Shown: positions 1 through 10,314, counted from the stretch's first letter. The stretch is DNA of 33,731 bases from Candidatus Woesearchaeota archaeon (GCA_018646625.1 JABGUJ010000001.1:565534-599264), one strand, 5' to 3'. A program made the numbers and translations. Notes: generated from the letters alone by a model not told the origin.

Positions 1-58
1 GAGTATTCGCGAGTGAGAATTAGTGGATTTTGCTAGTACGGGAGCTCATTCGGTGAAA

Positions 59-330
59 CTAAAGAAGCATAGCACACCTGTATCCCTCTTTAGTTGGATA
101 CTCTCCTTCTGTACATCCAAAACATGCTCTTTCAGTAACGCCAATTCCACTTCGTAATCCTTCGGGAGTTTGATAAATAATGTGCACTTTACCTTTTTTA
201 CTTTGTTTATATTTTTCAGGGTGACTATCTTTGCAATTTCATCATCATCAAAAAACGTGTTTCTAATTTCTTTGTATTCTAAACTAACCTCGCTTTTATC
301 TTATGAAATTAAATACTGTGTGGATTTCTA
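59..330 (-). pseudogene. purF: Degraded 3' remnant of amidophosphoribosyltransferase (PurF-like C-terminus), no start codon, frameshifted
   Basis: Minus frame 238..59 reads ...VHIIYQTPEGLRSGIGVTERACFGCTEGEYPT..., resembling the PurF C-terminal pattern (L.EGL..GIG...C..C..G.YPT). A second minus frame (300 downward) reads DKSEVSLEYKEIRNTFFDDDEIAKIV and is preceded by TAA. No start codon precedes the PurF-like parts of either frame. Confidence 0.55.
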
Positions 331-351
331 TTCTGCAAACTTATGTATAGG

Positions 352-359
352 TTTATAAA
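352..359 (+). promoter_or_regulatory. Archaeal TATA box (TTTATAAA) 30 nt upstream of the ATG at 382
   Basis: TTTATAAA at 352-359. The same 30-31 nt spacing recurs before many genes in the window. Confidence 0.7.
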
Positions 360-381
360 CCTCCATTACTGAACGAATTAC

Positions 382-1248
382 ATGAAAGAGGCAATGTTTT
401 GGGAAATAATGCATGGCGAACTAAAGTGCTTGCTTTGCCCCAAAAACTGTGCAATACCTTTAGATCAAACAGGGTTTTGTAAAGCCAGGAAAAACATAGA
501 CGGAAAACTCTATTCTTTAGTCTTCTCACATCCTACTTCGCTCGCGGTAGATCCAATTGAGAAAAAGCCTCTGGCGCATTTTATGCCTGGAACAAAAACG
601 TTTTCATTCTCAACGGTGGGTTGCAATTTAGGTTGCATGTTCTGCCAGAATTGGGAAATTGCGAGAGCCTCACCGGATGATAGACCTAAACGAACAATTT
701 CTCCAGAAAAAATAGTTGAATTGGCGATTGAGAATAACTGCGACAGCATCTCTTACACCTATGTTGAACCAACAATATTCTACGAATATGTGTATGAAAC
801 TGCTATGCTTGCACACGAAAAAGGATTAAAGAACGTAATGGTTACCAATGGATACATAAATCGAGATCCTGTGAGAAAACTTTACAAGTATATAGATGCA
901 GTTAACATAGACATAAAATCATTCAGCGAAGACTTCTATAAACAATATTGTGCCGCATCATTAGCTCCAGTTCTAAAAACAATACGGGAAATAAAAAGAA
1001 TGAAAACAGTTCATATAGAATTAACTAATTTAATCATTCCTGGATTGAACGACAACGAAGAAGAAATAAAGCAAATGTGCGAATGGATTAAAGAAAAAAT
1101 TGGTGAGAAAACTCCGTTACACTTCTCGCGTTTCTTTCCACATCACAAAATGAAAGATAAAGAACCGACGCCTAAAGAAACTCTATTGAAAGCCAAAGAA
1201 ATTGCGGAAACTGCTGGTTTAGAACGAGTACAGCTAGGAAACATATAG
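382..1248 (+). CDS. amrS: AmmeMemoRadiSam system radical SAM enzyme (short form)
   Basis: N-terminal CLLCPKNC...GFCKAR, VDPIEKKPLAHFMPG, radical SAM motif CNLGCMFCQNWEI, SYTYVEPT and PLHFSRFFP. Confidence 0.9.
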   Translation: MKEAMFWEIMHGELKCLLCPKNCAIPLDQTGFCKARKNIDGKLYSLVFSHPTSLAVDPIEKKPLAHFMPGTKTFSFSTVGCNLGCMFCQNWEIARASPDDRPKRTISPEKIVELAIENNCDSISYTYVEPTIFYEYVYETAMLAHEKGLKNVMVTNGYINRDPVRKLYKYIDAVNIDIKSFSEDFYKQYCAASLAPVLKTIREIKRMKTVHIELTNLIIPGLNDNEEEIKQMCEWIKEKIGEKTPLHFSRFFPHHKMKDKEPTPKETLLKAKEIAETAGLERVQLGNI

Positions 1249-1395
1249 AATTTCTCGGATTTTTTCGCAAAATATTCAAATAGCTAAGCGCAGCTAAATT
1301 TCATCCAACAGTTCACTACATACTTACAATCTTAAAAAAATCTTTTCGCTCTCCAACCAGTTAACCTTTTCTAAATAAAACAAACATCTTTCCTT

Positions 1396-3060
1396 ATGGT
1401 TCGGTGCTTGTTACTCGCTATGGTTGTCCTGGCACTAATCCACTCTCTACCAGTATCTGGCAACGTTGTGATAAATGAGATTTTCTACAACGCCCCAGGC
1501 TCTGACAACAACAAAGAGTTCGTTGAACTTTACGCTCACAACATGCCTTTGCTGGTAGATTTTACAATCATGGACGCCTCTTCTGAAGATACTCTTCTTC
1601 CAATAAGATTAACAAATTCAAGCTATGCACTCATAGTGGAAGACGGATTTATTTATGACAACATCTCCGCTTCGATATACTCCGCAGGCGCCACCATTGG
1701 AAACAACCTTGATAACTCTGGAGACATACTAACTCTTTTTACTCCGCAAGGAAACATTGTCACGACTGAAATCTATAATTCAACTTATGCAAATGGTAAC
1801 GGATTCTCATTAGAACGAATAAACGACATTTTTCTAGAAAGTTTGGTTGTTGGAGGCACACCCGGAAAACCTAACAGCGCACTCGTTCCAACCAATCACA
1901 AATGTAGTTTGCAGATTTTAACACCTAAACAAATCATTGACAAAAACGATAAATTAACCTTTTCTTTCAGAACCAACACCAACAATTTCATAATTGTATA
2001 TTGGATTGAAGATCTATTTGGAACGATTCTTAAAAACAAAATAAATACAACCAACACCAACAAGAAATCGTACACTCCAAAACTTGATGAATCACAAAAT
2101 GAAAAGACGCTTGTAATAAAATCAACTTTAAACACCAACTTTTGCAACACCTCTGCGTCTGAATTAGTTGTAGTAATAGGAAAAGAACAAAATTGCTCGT
2201 CTTTATCTATTGATGAAATAAACCTTGGCGCTGACGAAAAAGCGCGCTTTGGAGAAACTCTCGCAGTAGAACTTTCATTCTGTACAACAAAGACAAATCA
2301 AAAAATAAATCTTTGGTTAGAAGATAAAGAAAACAAAATAAGCCAAGATTCATCAATAAAATTAACAGATCACTTTACACAAGGAACTATTAAGTTTCCA
2401 ATCTCTATAAAACCCAATTGCAATCATAAGTTTGAACCAAAGACATATTCTCTCATTGCGAAAGGATTTAACAAAGAGACAACAAGATCTGTGATTGTTG
2501 ATGAAAATCTAGACTGTCTAAAAACCAAAATCAATCCTAAACAAACCAGAAAACAACTAAAATATTTCCACACCAACTCTATATCACAAACAAACAATTC
2601 TTTCAACATAACCACCATATTAGAAAACGAAAACAAACCACACAACTTCACTATTTCTTCATATATTTACAGAGGTTCTAAGAAATATGCTCAAACACAA
2701 CCAAACACAATTATGCTAGACTCCGAAGAACACGAGATAATTACTCACAACTTAAACATATCAAACATACCTTCTGGCGATTACAAACTCAGAACCCGCA
2801 TTCTGAAAGATAATCTCAAAACACCCTATTACTTAACACAAAATCTGACCATTCACAAACCTAAGAAAAAACAACCTGCAAAAATAACTACGCTGGCCAC
2901 AAAAGCACTTAATCTTTCAAGAAATTCAACAACTTTCCTTTCAAAGGGTCTAAAAGTATACTCCAAAGCGCCTTACATTATTGCATTTTTCGCATTATTT
3001 TCTACAAGCATTCTGGCATTTAGGGGCCCTAGAGAAGCCATATTTCATAAAATCCGATAG
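1396..3060 (+). CDS. Exported/surface protein with N-terminal lamin-tail domain, probable beta-rich domains and C-terminal membrane anchor
   Basis: Signal peptide; VVINEIFYNAPGSDNNKEFVELY...GNNLDNSGD...GFSLER...GGTPGKPNS is typical of lamin-tail domains; hydrophobic segment near the C-terminus (YIIAFFALFSTSILAF). Confidence 0.75.
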   Translation: MVRCLLLAMVVLALIHSLPVSGNVVINEIFYNAPGSDNNKEFVELYAHNMPLLVDFTIMDASSEDTLLPIRLTNSSYALIVEDGFIYDNISASIYSAGATIGNNLDNSGDILTLFTPQGNIVTTEIYNSTYANGNGFSLERINDIFLESLVVGGTPGKPNSALVPTNHKCSLQILTPKQIIDKNDKLTFSFRTNTNNFIIVYWIEDLFGTILKNKINTTNTNKKSYTPKLDESQNEKTLVIKSTLNTNFCNTSASELVVVIGKEQNCSSLSIDEINLGADEKARFGETLAVELSFCTTKTNQKINLWLEDKENKISQDSSIKLTDHFTQGTIKFPISIKPNCNHKFEPKTYSLIAKGFNKETTRSVIVDENLDCLKTKINPKQTRKQLKYFHTNSISQTNNSFNITTILENENKPHNFTISSYIYRGSKKYAQTQPNTIMLDSEEHEIITHNLNISNIPSGDYKLRTRILKDNLKTPYYLTQNLTIHKPKKKQPAKITTLATKALNLSRNSTTFLSKGLKVYSKAPYIIAFFALFSTSILAFRGPREAIFHKIR

Positions 3061-3091
3061 ATTTAAAAATAACTATTTTATCAATTGAAAC

Positions 3092-3769
3092 ATGTCTATA
3101 TTAAAAGAGAAATTAAGCTCTGCATTCAAGAAAAAGGAAGATAAAGAGCCAGAAGAGCGAGAACTTACTAATTCTGAACTTATTGAAGAAAAGGTTGCAC
3201 ACGGTGCAGTTTTAGTACGACTCATTTTTCAAATGGTTGGAGGTCCTAAAGAATACATTGAAGACCTTGCCAAGAAACATCTTGATCTTATTGAACAACA
3301 TCCAGAATATAAAGTAATGAAACGAGAAGAAGAACCTATAGAAGACGCTGATGATGACATGTTCTCAACTATGGCTGAGATGGAAATACTTTTCAAAAAT
3401 GTGCGAGAGGTAATGTTTTTCGTACTTGATCACAAACCCTCTTCTATTGAGATTATAGAACCTGAGAAATTTACATTTCATGCAGGAGACTTTTCAACTT
3501 TATTCAACGATCTTCAAGCTAAACTACACACATTAGATGTTATGGTGAAAAATACCAGCGCTAAGAACAAGATACTAGAGACAAACGCCACACTTTTACT
3601 AAGAAACAACATCCTGATATGTATAAAGCATTCGGAAGGATTAACCCAAGACGAACTTTCTAAAGCAACAGGTATTCCAAACGAACAACTAAAACCATTC
3701 CTTGAAAAACTCATAGTTCAAAATCTAGTAGAAGATAAAGACAAGAAATATAAACTTGTCAAAAAATAA
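3092..3769 (+). CDS. Conserved archaeal hypothetical protein with probable C-terminal winged helix
   Basis: 225-aa ORF with TATA (TTTAAAAA, 3062) at -30; C-terminal LTQDELSKATGIPNEQLKPFLEKL looks like a helix-turn-helix. Confidence 0.7.
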   Translation: MSILKEKLSSAFKKKEDKEPEERELTNSELIEEKVAHGAVLVRLIFQMVGGPKEYIEDLAKKHLDLIEQHPEYKVMKREEEPIEDADDDMFSTMAEMEILFKNVREVMFFVLDHKPSSIEIIEPEKFTFHAGDFSTLFNDLQAKLHTLDVMVKNTSAKNKILETNATLLLRNNILICIKHSEGLTQDELSKATGIPNEQLKPFLEKLIVQNLVEDKDKKYKLVKK

Positions 3770-3790
3770 TTAGATGAACGGTGGTTCATT

Positions 3791-4900
3791 TTGGTTGATA
3801 TACGAAAAGAGGTTGAAGCAATTCTATTTATTAAAGGAGATTCCGTCACAGTAGACGACCTAGCGAAGCTTTTGAAGGTCAAAAATAAAGACGTAATAAG
3901 TGAAACAATAAAGGACATAAAACGCGATCTTGATTCCAGAGATTCTACAATTACCTTAGTAGAGACCCACAAAGGTTGGAAAATGGGTTTGAAGAACGAT
4001 TATGTTCATGTTGCAAAGAATGTTTCTGTTGACACAGAATTATCCAAATCATTGATGGAGACTTTAGCGGTGATTGCTTGGAAGCAACCAGCAACCCAAT
4101 CTGACATAATAAAGGTTAGAACAAACAAAGCATACGATGAAGTAAAACAACTTCTAGAAATGGGATTTATACAAAAAGAACGTTTTGGAAGAACATACCT
4201 TATCAGAGTAACACAAAAGTTCTTTGATTATTTTGATTTACCTAAACAAGAAAATGTAAAAGATCTTTTCAAAGATGTAAAAGGGCTGGAAGCATTACAA
4301 AAAGATGACGTCGAGGAGAAAAGACTTCTTGCTGAAGAATTAGGTCCTGACGCTGTAGGCATTAAAACATATGGTTCAATATCTACGCCTAATGAAATAA
4401 AAAAAGCAGAACAACTTATTGGAGAACACTTGGGCAACCTTGAAGTTTTTGACGAACCTATGCGAGAACAAGAAGAAGTTCAGATGCCTGAAGTTATCAC
4501 TTACAATACTGAATCCGGATCTGGAGAAGAACCGGAAGTTGAGAATCAAGAAGTTGAACAATCTTCTTCAGAACCTAATCAAGAACCTACTTTCAATTCA
4601 CAGGCCAAACCTGTACAGGATGATACGCCTGAAGATGGTTTAACTGATTTATTTAGGAAAACTGCTGAAGATGTTGAAGATTTGCCGCAGATTAATTTAT
4701 CTGAACCAAGAAAACCATTACAGGAAGAACCTGAAGAAGAGCTTAAAGAAGAACCTGATACTGCTGAAATAGATGATAATGAAGGAAAAGTTAAAAAAGA
4801 GGAAGAACCTAATGAACACGGTGATCTGAGCACTCCTGTACATTCGGAGCCCGAAGATCATGGGGACCTTCCAAAAGAAGACCCTAACGGTGATGTATAA
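3791..4900 (+). CDS. scpB: SMC-Scp complex subunit ScpB with long acidic C-terminal tail
   Basis: VEAILF, ELSKSLMETLAVIAWKQPATQSDIIKVR, LLEMGFI and TQKFFDYFDL are ScpB motifs. TTG start after GGTGG. Confidence 0.9.
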   Translation: MVDIRKEVEAILFIKGDSVTVDDLAKLLKVKNKDVISETIKDIKRDLDSRDSTITLVETHKGWKMGLKNDYVHVAKNVSVDTELSKSLMETLAVIAWKQPATQSDIIKVRTNKAYDEVKQLLEMGFIQKERFGRTYLIRVTQKFFDYFDLPKQENVKDLFKDVKGLEALQKDDVEEKRLLAEELGPDAVGIKTYGSISTPNEIKKAEQLIGEHLGNLEVFDEPMREQEEVQMPEVITYNTESGSGEEPEVENQEVEQSSSEPNQEPTFNSQAKPVQDDTPEDGLTDLFRKTAEDVEDLPQINLSEPRKPLQEEPEEELKEEPDTAEIDDNEGKVKKEEEPNEHGDLSTPVHSEPEDHGDLPKEDPNGDV

Positions 4901-5788
4901 ATGGCAAAAAAAGACCTTTTCAACGATCTATTCGACCAATTAAAGAAAGGGGTTGAAAAAGAAAAGGGCGAAAAGGCCAATAAAGATTCTAAAGAACCCA
5001 TCAACAAGGACCCTACTTTAAACATTAGGCTTGGTGCTTGCTATTTTCTTTACTTCATAATTGTTCTTTACATTACTATTAGTGCAAAAGAAAGTATAGG
5101 CAATGTTGCGATTGGATTCAGTGCTTCACTATTAAGTTTGATTATATTTACAATATTAGTATTAAGAATCAACAAAAGAATTCTTGAACATTTTATAATT
5201 ACAATTGTTGCAACAACCGTAATATTCTTCTTAGGTTTAAGAGAAATTGCAACGGGCATGGACATTCCGCAACTTGCTGTACTAAACTTAGCAATATCTT
5301 TTTTCTTCATATTGATATTATTAATTCATGTTCCTAAATCTGATGAAGAAAATCCTGAAGATGAAGATGGTGTATTAGTTGAACCGGAAGTAAGAGAAAA
5401 CGTAGACTATTCATCCGATTATTCTTTTGCGCCGACTCACAACGTCGAGCATCAACATGTTCAATATGTTCGTCATAAAAAAACAAAAAAGAAACCTAAG
5501 AAAGCAAATAAACACCCACACATTGAAGATCTTAGAACTTCTGAAAGTTCGCATTTAGATATTGAAGACTTGAGGTTGGATGCTCAGCCTGGTGAGTTTG
5601 ATATGGCTGTGCCTGAACAATTCACAACATCTAAAGAAAGATATTTTGCAAAAATTGCGGGAACAAAATATCACGAACCTGGCTGTATGATTGGAGAAAA
5701 AATTGCAGAGCAAGATAGAATTTGGTTCTCATCAAAAGAAGAAGCAGAAGATCAAGGATTAACACCTTGTAGAATTTGCGTACCCTAA
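4901..5788 (+). CDS. Membrane protein (about 4 TM) with C-terminal Ada-like metal-binding domain
   Basis: Four hydrophobic segments; C-terminal KYHEPGC...IWFSSKEEAEDQGLTPCRIC matches the YH..C...F.s.eeA...G..PC..C pattern. ATG immediately follows the scpB stop. Confidence 0.7.
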   Translation: MAKKDLFNDLFDQLKKGVEKEKGEKANKDSKEPINKDPTLNIRLGACYFLYFIIVLYITISAKESIGNVAIGFSASLLSLIIFTILVLRINKRILEHFIITIVATTVIFFLGLREIATGMDIPQLAVLNLAISFFFILILLIHVPKSDEENPEDEDGVLVEPEVRENVDYSSDYSFAPTHNVEHQHVQYVRHKKTKKKPKKANKHPHIEDLRTSESSHLDIEDLRLDAQPGEFDMAVPEQFTTSKERYFAKIAGTKYHEPGCMIGEKIAEQDRIWFSSKEEAEDQGLTPCRICVP

Positions 5789-5790
5789 AG

Positions 5791-5931
5791 ATGTTTCTAG
5801 TAATGTGTCCAAACTGTGGAAACAAAATGAAAACTAACCCCATTTCTAAGATAGTATCTGATAAAAGAAAGAGATGTGTTTATTGCGGAAAATCATTCAA
5901 AATCAGGGATCATATTCTCAAAGACCTATAA
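5791..5931 (+). CDS. 46-aa zinc-ribbon protein (below the ORF-track cutoff)
   Basis: MFLVMCPNCGNKMKTNPISKIVSDKRKRCVYCGKSFKIRDHILKDL*, with two CxxCG knuckles; starts 2 nt after the previous stop. Confidence 0.75.
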   Translation: MFLVMCPNCGNKMKTNPISKIVSDKRKRCVYCGKSFKIRDHILKDL

Positions 5932-6156
5932 TTCTGCCAAGATTCAGTAACTCCTCTATATGACGCCAATTTTAGCTCCTGTTCTTGCCGTTTTCGGAAC
6001 ACTGAAGTGCCCGAATTATTAACGCAGGGGGCCCCTACTGCCCCTAATTAATAACAACATTTATAAATGGACTCGTCTTTTTCAGATATAGTTTGAGGCT
6101 AATTCTATCCTCAATGATCGACTGCAATTAGAATTAAAACTAGTGATTATATCAAA

Positions 6157-8622
6157 ATGGAAGAACCAACACAACCAAACGAGCCAGGAGTTGACGAATC
6201 TAGCGATAGAGTCTCTAACGTGCTTGTAGAAGGCGTTATGCAAAAGTCCTTTTTAGACTATGCTATGGCAGTTATTGTGTCTCGAGCTCTTCCTGATGTG
6301 CGTGATGGATTAAAGCCAGTACACAGAAGAATTCTATATTCCATGCATGATTCTGGTTTTTTACACAACAAACCATTCAAAAAATCCGCAAGAATTGTGG
6401 GTGACGTGTTAGGTAGATACCACCCTCATGGTGATACTGCTGTTTATGATAGCATGGTGAGAATGGCTCAAGATTTTTCATTACGTTATCCTATGATTGA
6501 TGGTCAGGGTAACTTCGGTAGTGTTGATGGTGACAATGCAGCTGCAATGAGATATACTGAAGCACGTTTATCAAAATTCGCCGAACAACTCATGATTGAT
6601 ATTAAGAAGAATACTGTTGACTTTCAACCAAACTTTGATGGTTCATTAAAGGAACCAATAGTTATTCCATCTAAAGCACCAAGTCTTTTACTTAACGGTT
6701 CATCCGGTATTGCTGTTGGTATGGCGACAAACATTCCGCCACATAACTTAGTCGAAGTTTGCGACGGTATTACTGAATTTATAGACAATCCCGAAATTAC
6801 AATTGAAGAACTTAACAAACATATCAAAGGTCCTGACTTTCCAACTGGTGCAGAGATTCAAGGTACTGGCGGAATACGAAACGCATATGCAACAGGACGA
6901 GGAAAAGTAAAAGTCAAAGCGGTAATGGATGTTGAAGAAATCAAAGGTAAACAAAGACTTATTGTTAATGAGATTCCTTACATGGTTAACAAAGCCATGC
7001 TTATAGAACAAGTTGCAAATTGTGTCAAAGAGAAAAAGATAACGGGCATTTCTGATATACGGGATGAGTCCGATAGAGATGGAATGCGTATCGTCATTGA
7101 ACTAAAGAAAGACGCAAACCCGACTGTTATCATAAATCAACTTTACAGTTATACTAGAATGAGAGTTACCTTCGGTATGAATATGGTTGCTCTTGTTAAT
7201 AACGTTCCTAAGACTCTTAATCTAAAAGAGATGGTGCACTACTTTGTAGAACACCGAAGAGAAGTCATAAAACGAAGAACACAATTTGATTTAACTAAAG
7301 CTGAAGAACGTGTACACATTCTTGAAGGATTGATCGTTGCTTTAGATAACATTGATCAGATTATTCAGAAAATCAAAAAGTCGACAGATACTGCTGCAGC
7401 AATGAGCATGTTAGTTGCAGACTATTCATTAACCGAACCACAATCAAAAGCAATACTTGAGATGCGTTTACAGAAATTATCATCACTTGAACAAGATTCA
7501 ATCAGAGCTGAACATACTTCATTACTTGAAGTTATCTCAAACTTAAAATCTATCCTTGATTCTGAAGACAAAGTTAGCGACATGATCAAAGCAGATTTAG
7601 CAGAGATAAAAGATTCTTATGGTGATAACAGAAGAACAGAGATTTCAATTGGAGACGAACAAGATGAGGAAGTAGACATTGGTTCTTTAATTGAAGAAGA
7701 AGAAGTTGTAGTCACCATCTCACACCGAGGTTACATTAAGAGAGCTCCTCTTCAACAGTATAAACAACAACAACGTGGCGGCAGAGGAATCATTGCAGCT
7801 AAAAGCAAAGATGAAGATTTTATAGAATCACTGTTCACATCATCCACTCACTCTTACATTTTATTTTTTACAAACAAAGGTCAAGTATATTGGAAAAAAG
7901 TATACGAGATTCCCGAAGGATCAAGACAAGCAGCGGGTAAAGCTATTATCAATCTTATCAGAATAGAACGAGATGAGAAAATAACTGCATTTGTTCCAGT
8001 TAAAGAATTTAGCAAAGATCAGTTCCTTGTTCTTGCAACAAAGCGAGGTATTGTCAAGAAAACAGCATTATCTGAATATTCTCGACCAAGAAAAGGTGGC
8101 ATTATTGCAATCAACTTAGAAGATGAAGATCAATTAATTGGTGCAAGGATCACAGACGGTACCAGAAACATTATGATTTCTACTAAGAACGGTTTGGCAA
8201 TTAGATTTGACGAAAAAAACGCCAGAGCGATAGGTAGAACTTCTAAAGGTGTTAAGGGTATTGAACTTAAAGGGGATGATGAAGCTGTAAGTATGCTAAT
8301 CCCAGATGAAAATCAAAAAATACTAACCATTACTGAAAACGGATATGGTAAAAGAACTGATGTTGAAGAGTACAGAATTATCGGCAGAGCCGGAAAAGGT
8401 GTGATAAATATACAATGTTCCGATAGAAACGGCGATGTTGTTGCAGTGAAAGCAGTAAACGACGCAGATGATGTTATGTTCATAAGCCAAAACGGAATCA
8501 TGATCCGAACACCAGTACAAGGAATTTCAACAATTGGAAGAAACACTCAAGGAGTACGATTAATGAAACTTGGATCTGATGATAAGGTAGTTGCTTCCGC
8601 AATTATTGTAACAGATGATTAA
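6157..8622 (+). CDS. gyrA: DNA gyrase subunit A
   Basis: [22 protein letters not shown], catalytic AAAMRYTE, GyrA-box QQRGGRG and C-terminal pinwheel repeats. Confidence 0.97.
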   Translation: MEEPTQPNEPGVDESSDRVSNVLVEGVMQKSFLDYAMAVIVSRALPDVRDGLKPVHRRILYSMHDSGFLHNKPFKKSARIVGDVLGRYHPHGDTAVYDSMVRMAQDFSLRYPMIDGQGNFGSVDGDNAAAMRYTEARLSKFAEQLMIDIKKNTVDFQPNFDGSLKEPIVIPSKAPSLLLNGSSGIAVGMATNIPPHNLVEVCDGITEFIDNPEITIEELNKHIKGPDFPTGAEIQGTGGIRNAYATGRGKVKVKAVMDVEEIKGKQRLIVNEIPYMVNKAMLIEQVANCVKEKKITGISDIRDESDRDGMRIVIELKKDANPTVIINQLYSYTRMRVTFGMNMVALVNNVPKTLNLKEMVHYFVEHRREVIKRRTQFDLTKAEERVHILEGLIVALDNIDQIIQKIKKSTDTAAAMSMLVADYSLTEPQSKAILEMRLQKLSSLEQDSIRAEHTSLLEVISNLKSILDSEDKVSDMIKADLAEIKDSYGDNRRTEISIGDEQDEEVDIGSLIEEEEVVVTISHRGYIKRAPLQQYKQQQRGGRGIIAAKSKDEDFIESLFTSSTHSYILFFTNKGQVYWKKVYEIPEGSRQAAGKAIINLIRIERDEKITAFVPVKEFSKDQFLVLATKRGIVKKTALSEYSRPRKGGIIAINLEDEDQLIGARITDGTRNIMISTKNGLAIRFDEKNARAIGRTSKGVKGIELKGDDEAVSMLIPDENQKILTITENGYGKRTDVEEYRIIGRAGKGVINIQCSDRNGDVVAVKAVNDADDVMFISQNGIMIRTPVQGISTIGRNTQGVRLMKLGSDDKVVASAIIVTDD

Positions 8623-9107
8623 CTAATATCTCTAATTCTGCCTACCAAAATAGAATGTTTATCGTTTAATTGATGCAATACTGTTCTTGCCATCTCATCA
8701 AACGCATAAGTTTTATCTCTACTTTCTTTTGCATGAAATTTCAACACAACATCAATATTTTCATCAATGATATCTCCTGCATCTCTTAACTTAGCTAATG
8801 ATCCTAAGATTTCAGTATAATGTCTTACTGTTTCATGATCTCGGTCATTTTGCATTTTGTATATGGTTTCATCTAAATCATCAACTAATGGTTTAGTTAT
8901 TTTTTGAAATCTACTCACATCACAATGCAAAACATACAACAACTGAAGAACGGATCTATTGATTAGTATATCTTCTGGAAGTCTGTCTCCATAGTTATAC
9001 TTCTCAACTAAATGATTTACCCATCCTCTTTCTTTATCTGTTAAAAGAGTTGCAAACTCATAGTTCTTGAAAATATTCTGCCATTTAAGTTTCCTAATGC
9101 TGATCAT
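8619..9107 (-). CDS. Hypothetical helical protein
   Basis: 162-aa ORF converging on gyrA; minus-strand TTTAAATA begins 30 nt upstream of the ATG. Confidence 0.7.
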   Translation of the reverse strand: MISIRKLKWQNIFKNYEFATLLTDKERGWVNHLVEKYNYGDRLPEDILINRSVLQLLYVLHCDVSRFQKITKPLVDDLDETIYKMQNDRDHETVRHYTEILGSLAKLRDAGDIIDENIDVVLKFHAKESRDKTYAFDEMARTVLHQLNDKHSILVGRIRDIS

Positions 9108-9204
9108 GGAACTATTATAACCCTTGATTTATTTAAAATTTGCCATTATGGCCTCTCTACCCCTAAACAGAGTATTTATAAATCCCTTAAAATCTCGCAA
9201 TTCT

Positions 9205-10314
9205 ATGTATGGATTCACAATTGTACCAAGAAAGCTAGAACCTCAAGCTAAGACTGAGGTAGACAGTATTCTAAATACGACTTCTGAGCCAATTGGTGAT
9301 GGTGTTGTCAAATTTCCAATTAAAGATCTAAAAGAACTTTGTAAACTAAGTTACTTATCGCAATCCGCATACAGAGTATTATTCTATTTAGGGGAATTCA
9401 AATTTAAAAACCTAAAAGATCTTGAAGAAAAAGCAAAAGAGATAGATTTCTCTGAGTTTGTTAAACCAAACAAAACATTTGCAGTCAGATGTAAACATGT
9501 AACTGAAGTTCCTTCTTCCAGAGAGATTGAACATCTTATTGGATCCCACATAAATGGCAAAGTGAATCTTGACAAACCGGATATTCCAATTTTAGCATAT
9601 ATTTGTGAAGATCGTTGTTACATCGGTGTAGATTTCAGCGGAGATCTTGGGAGAAGAGAATACAGAATATTTACTCACTCAAGTGCTATGGCTGGACCTG
9701 TAGCTTTTTGTTTAAACGTACTTGCGGGTTTCAAAAAAGGAGATACATTACTTGATCCTTTTGTTGGCTGTGGTACTATTCCAATTGAAGCTGCACTTCA
9801 TGCATCAAAATTCTCGGTTAATCATTTTCAAAAAGACAAATTCAAATTTTCTAAGATTATTGATGGTGTGGATGAAGATTTTCTAGAAAATCTTGATAAA
9901 GAATCAAAACTTCCAGAAAAACAAACGATCTTTGGATATGATCATCTTTTACGTCATGTTACTGCAGCTAAAAAGAATGCCAAGATTGCAGGAATTCTTA
10001 AAACAGTCTACATTTCAAAAGTTAGCACTGAATGGCTTGACGCGAAGTTCAAGAAAGGCCAAGTAGATATGATTGTAACCGATCCGCCTCAAGTATCTAG
10101 ACAGGTAAATCCCAAAGATGCTGAGAAGATTTTGGATGAATTTTTCTATCAATGTGCTTATGTTTTGAACAAAGACGGATGTGTTGTTTTATCCTTACAT
10201 TCTACTGATAAAGTGGTAGAAAAAGCCGAGAAACACAACTTCAAACTAGAACTAAAACAAGAATATTACCAAGGAAAACAAAAGCACTTTGCTCTTAAGT
10301 TTAAAAAATCATAA
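9205..10314 (+). CDS. THUMP-domain SAM-dependent RNA (probably tRNA m2G) methyltransferase, Trm14/Trm11-like
   Basis: TFAVRC...VNLDKPD THUMP region, LLDPFVGCGTIPIEA motif I and IVTDPP motif IV. Start moved from 9124 to ATG 9205 because TTTATAAA lies at 9175. Confidence 0.85.
   Translation: MYGFTIVPRKLEPQAKTEVDSILNTTSEPIGDGVVKFPIKDLKELCKLSYLSQSAYRVLFYLGEFKFKNLKDLEEKAKEIDFSEFVKPNKTFAVRCKHVTEVPSSREIEHLIGSHINGKVNLDKPDIPILAYICEDRCYIGVDFSGDLGRREYRIFTHSSAMAGPVAFCLNVLAGFKKGDTLLDPFVGCGTIPIEAALHASKFSVNHFQKDKFKFSKIIDGVDEDFLENLDKESKLPEKQTIFGYDHLLRHVTAAKKNAKIAGILKTVYISKVSTEWLDAKFKKGQVDMIVTDPPQVSRQVNPKDAEKILDEFFYQCAYVLNKDGCVVLSLHSTDKVVEKAEKHNFKLELKQEYYQGKQKHFALKFKKS

Noticed and set aside
46..300. Open minus-strand frame of 85 codons as an intact gene
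   Set aside because: Preceded directly by TAA with no start codon near its 5' end; better explained as part of a frameshifted remnant.
170..358. 62-aa plus-strand ORF
   Set aside because: TTG start with no promoter or RBS, F/S-rich antisense-like composition, and it overlaps the purF-like remnant and the amrS TATA box.
3092..3769. Calling the gene upstream of scpB as scpA
   Set aside because: No recognisable kleisin N-terminal motifs (such as DPWDIDI); only a generic wHTH is visible.
9124..9204. ORF-track N-terminal extension of the THUMP methyltransferase (likewise starts 13262, 16307, 22576, 25782)
   Set aside because: These extensions overlap promoter or RBS elements; downstream ATGs fit the promoter spacing or RBS position.
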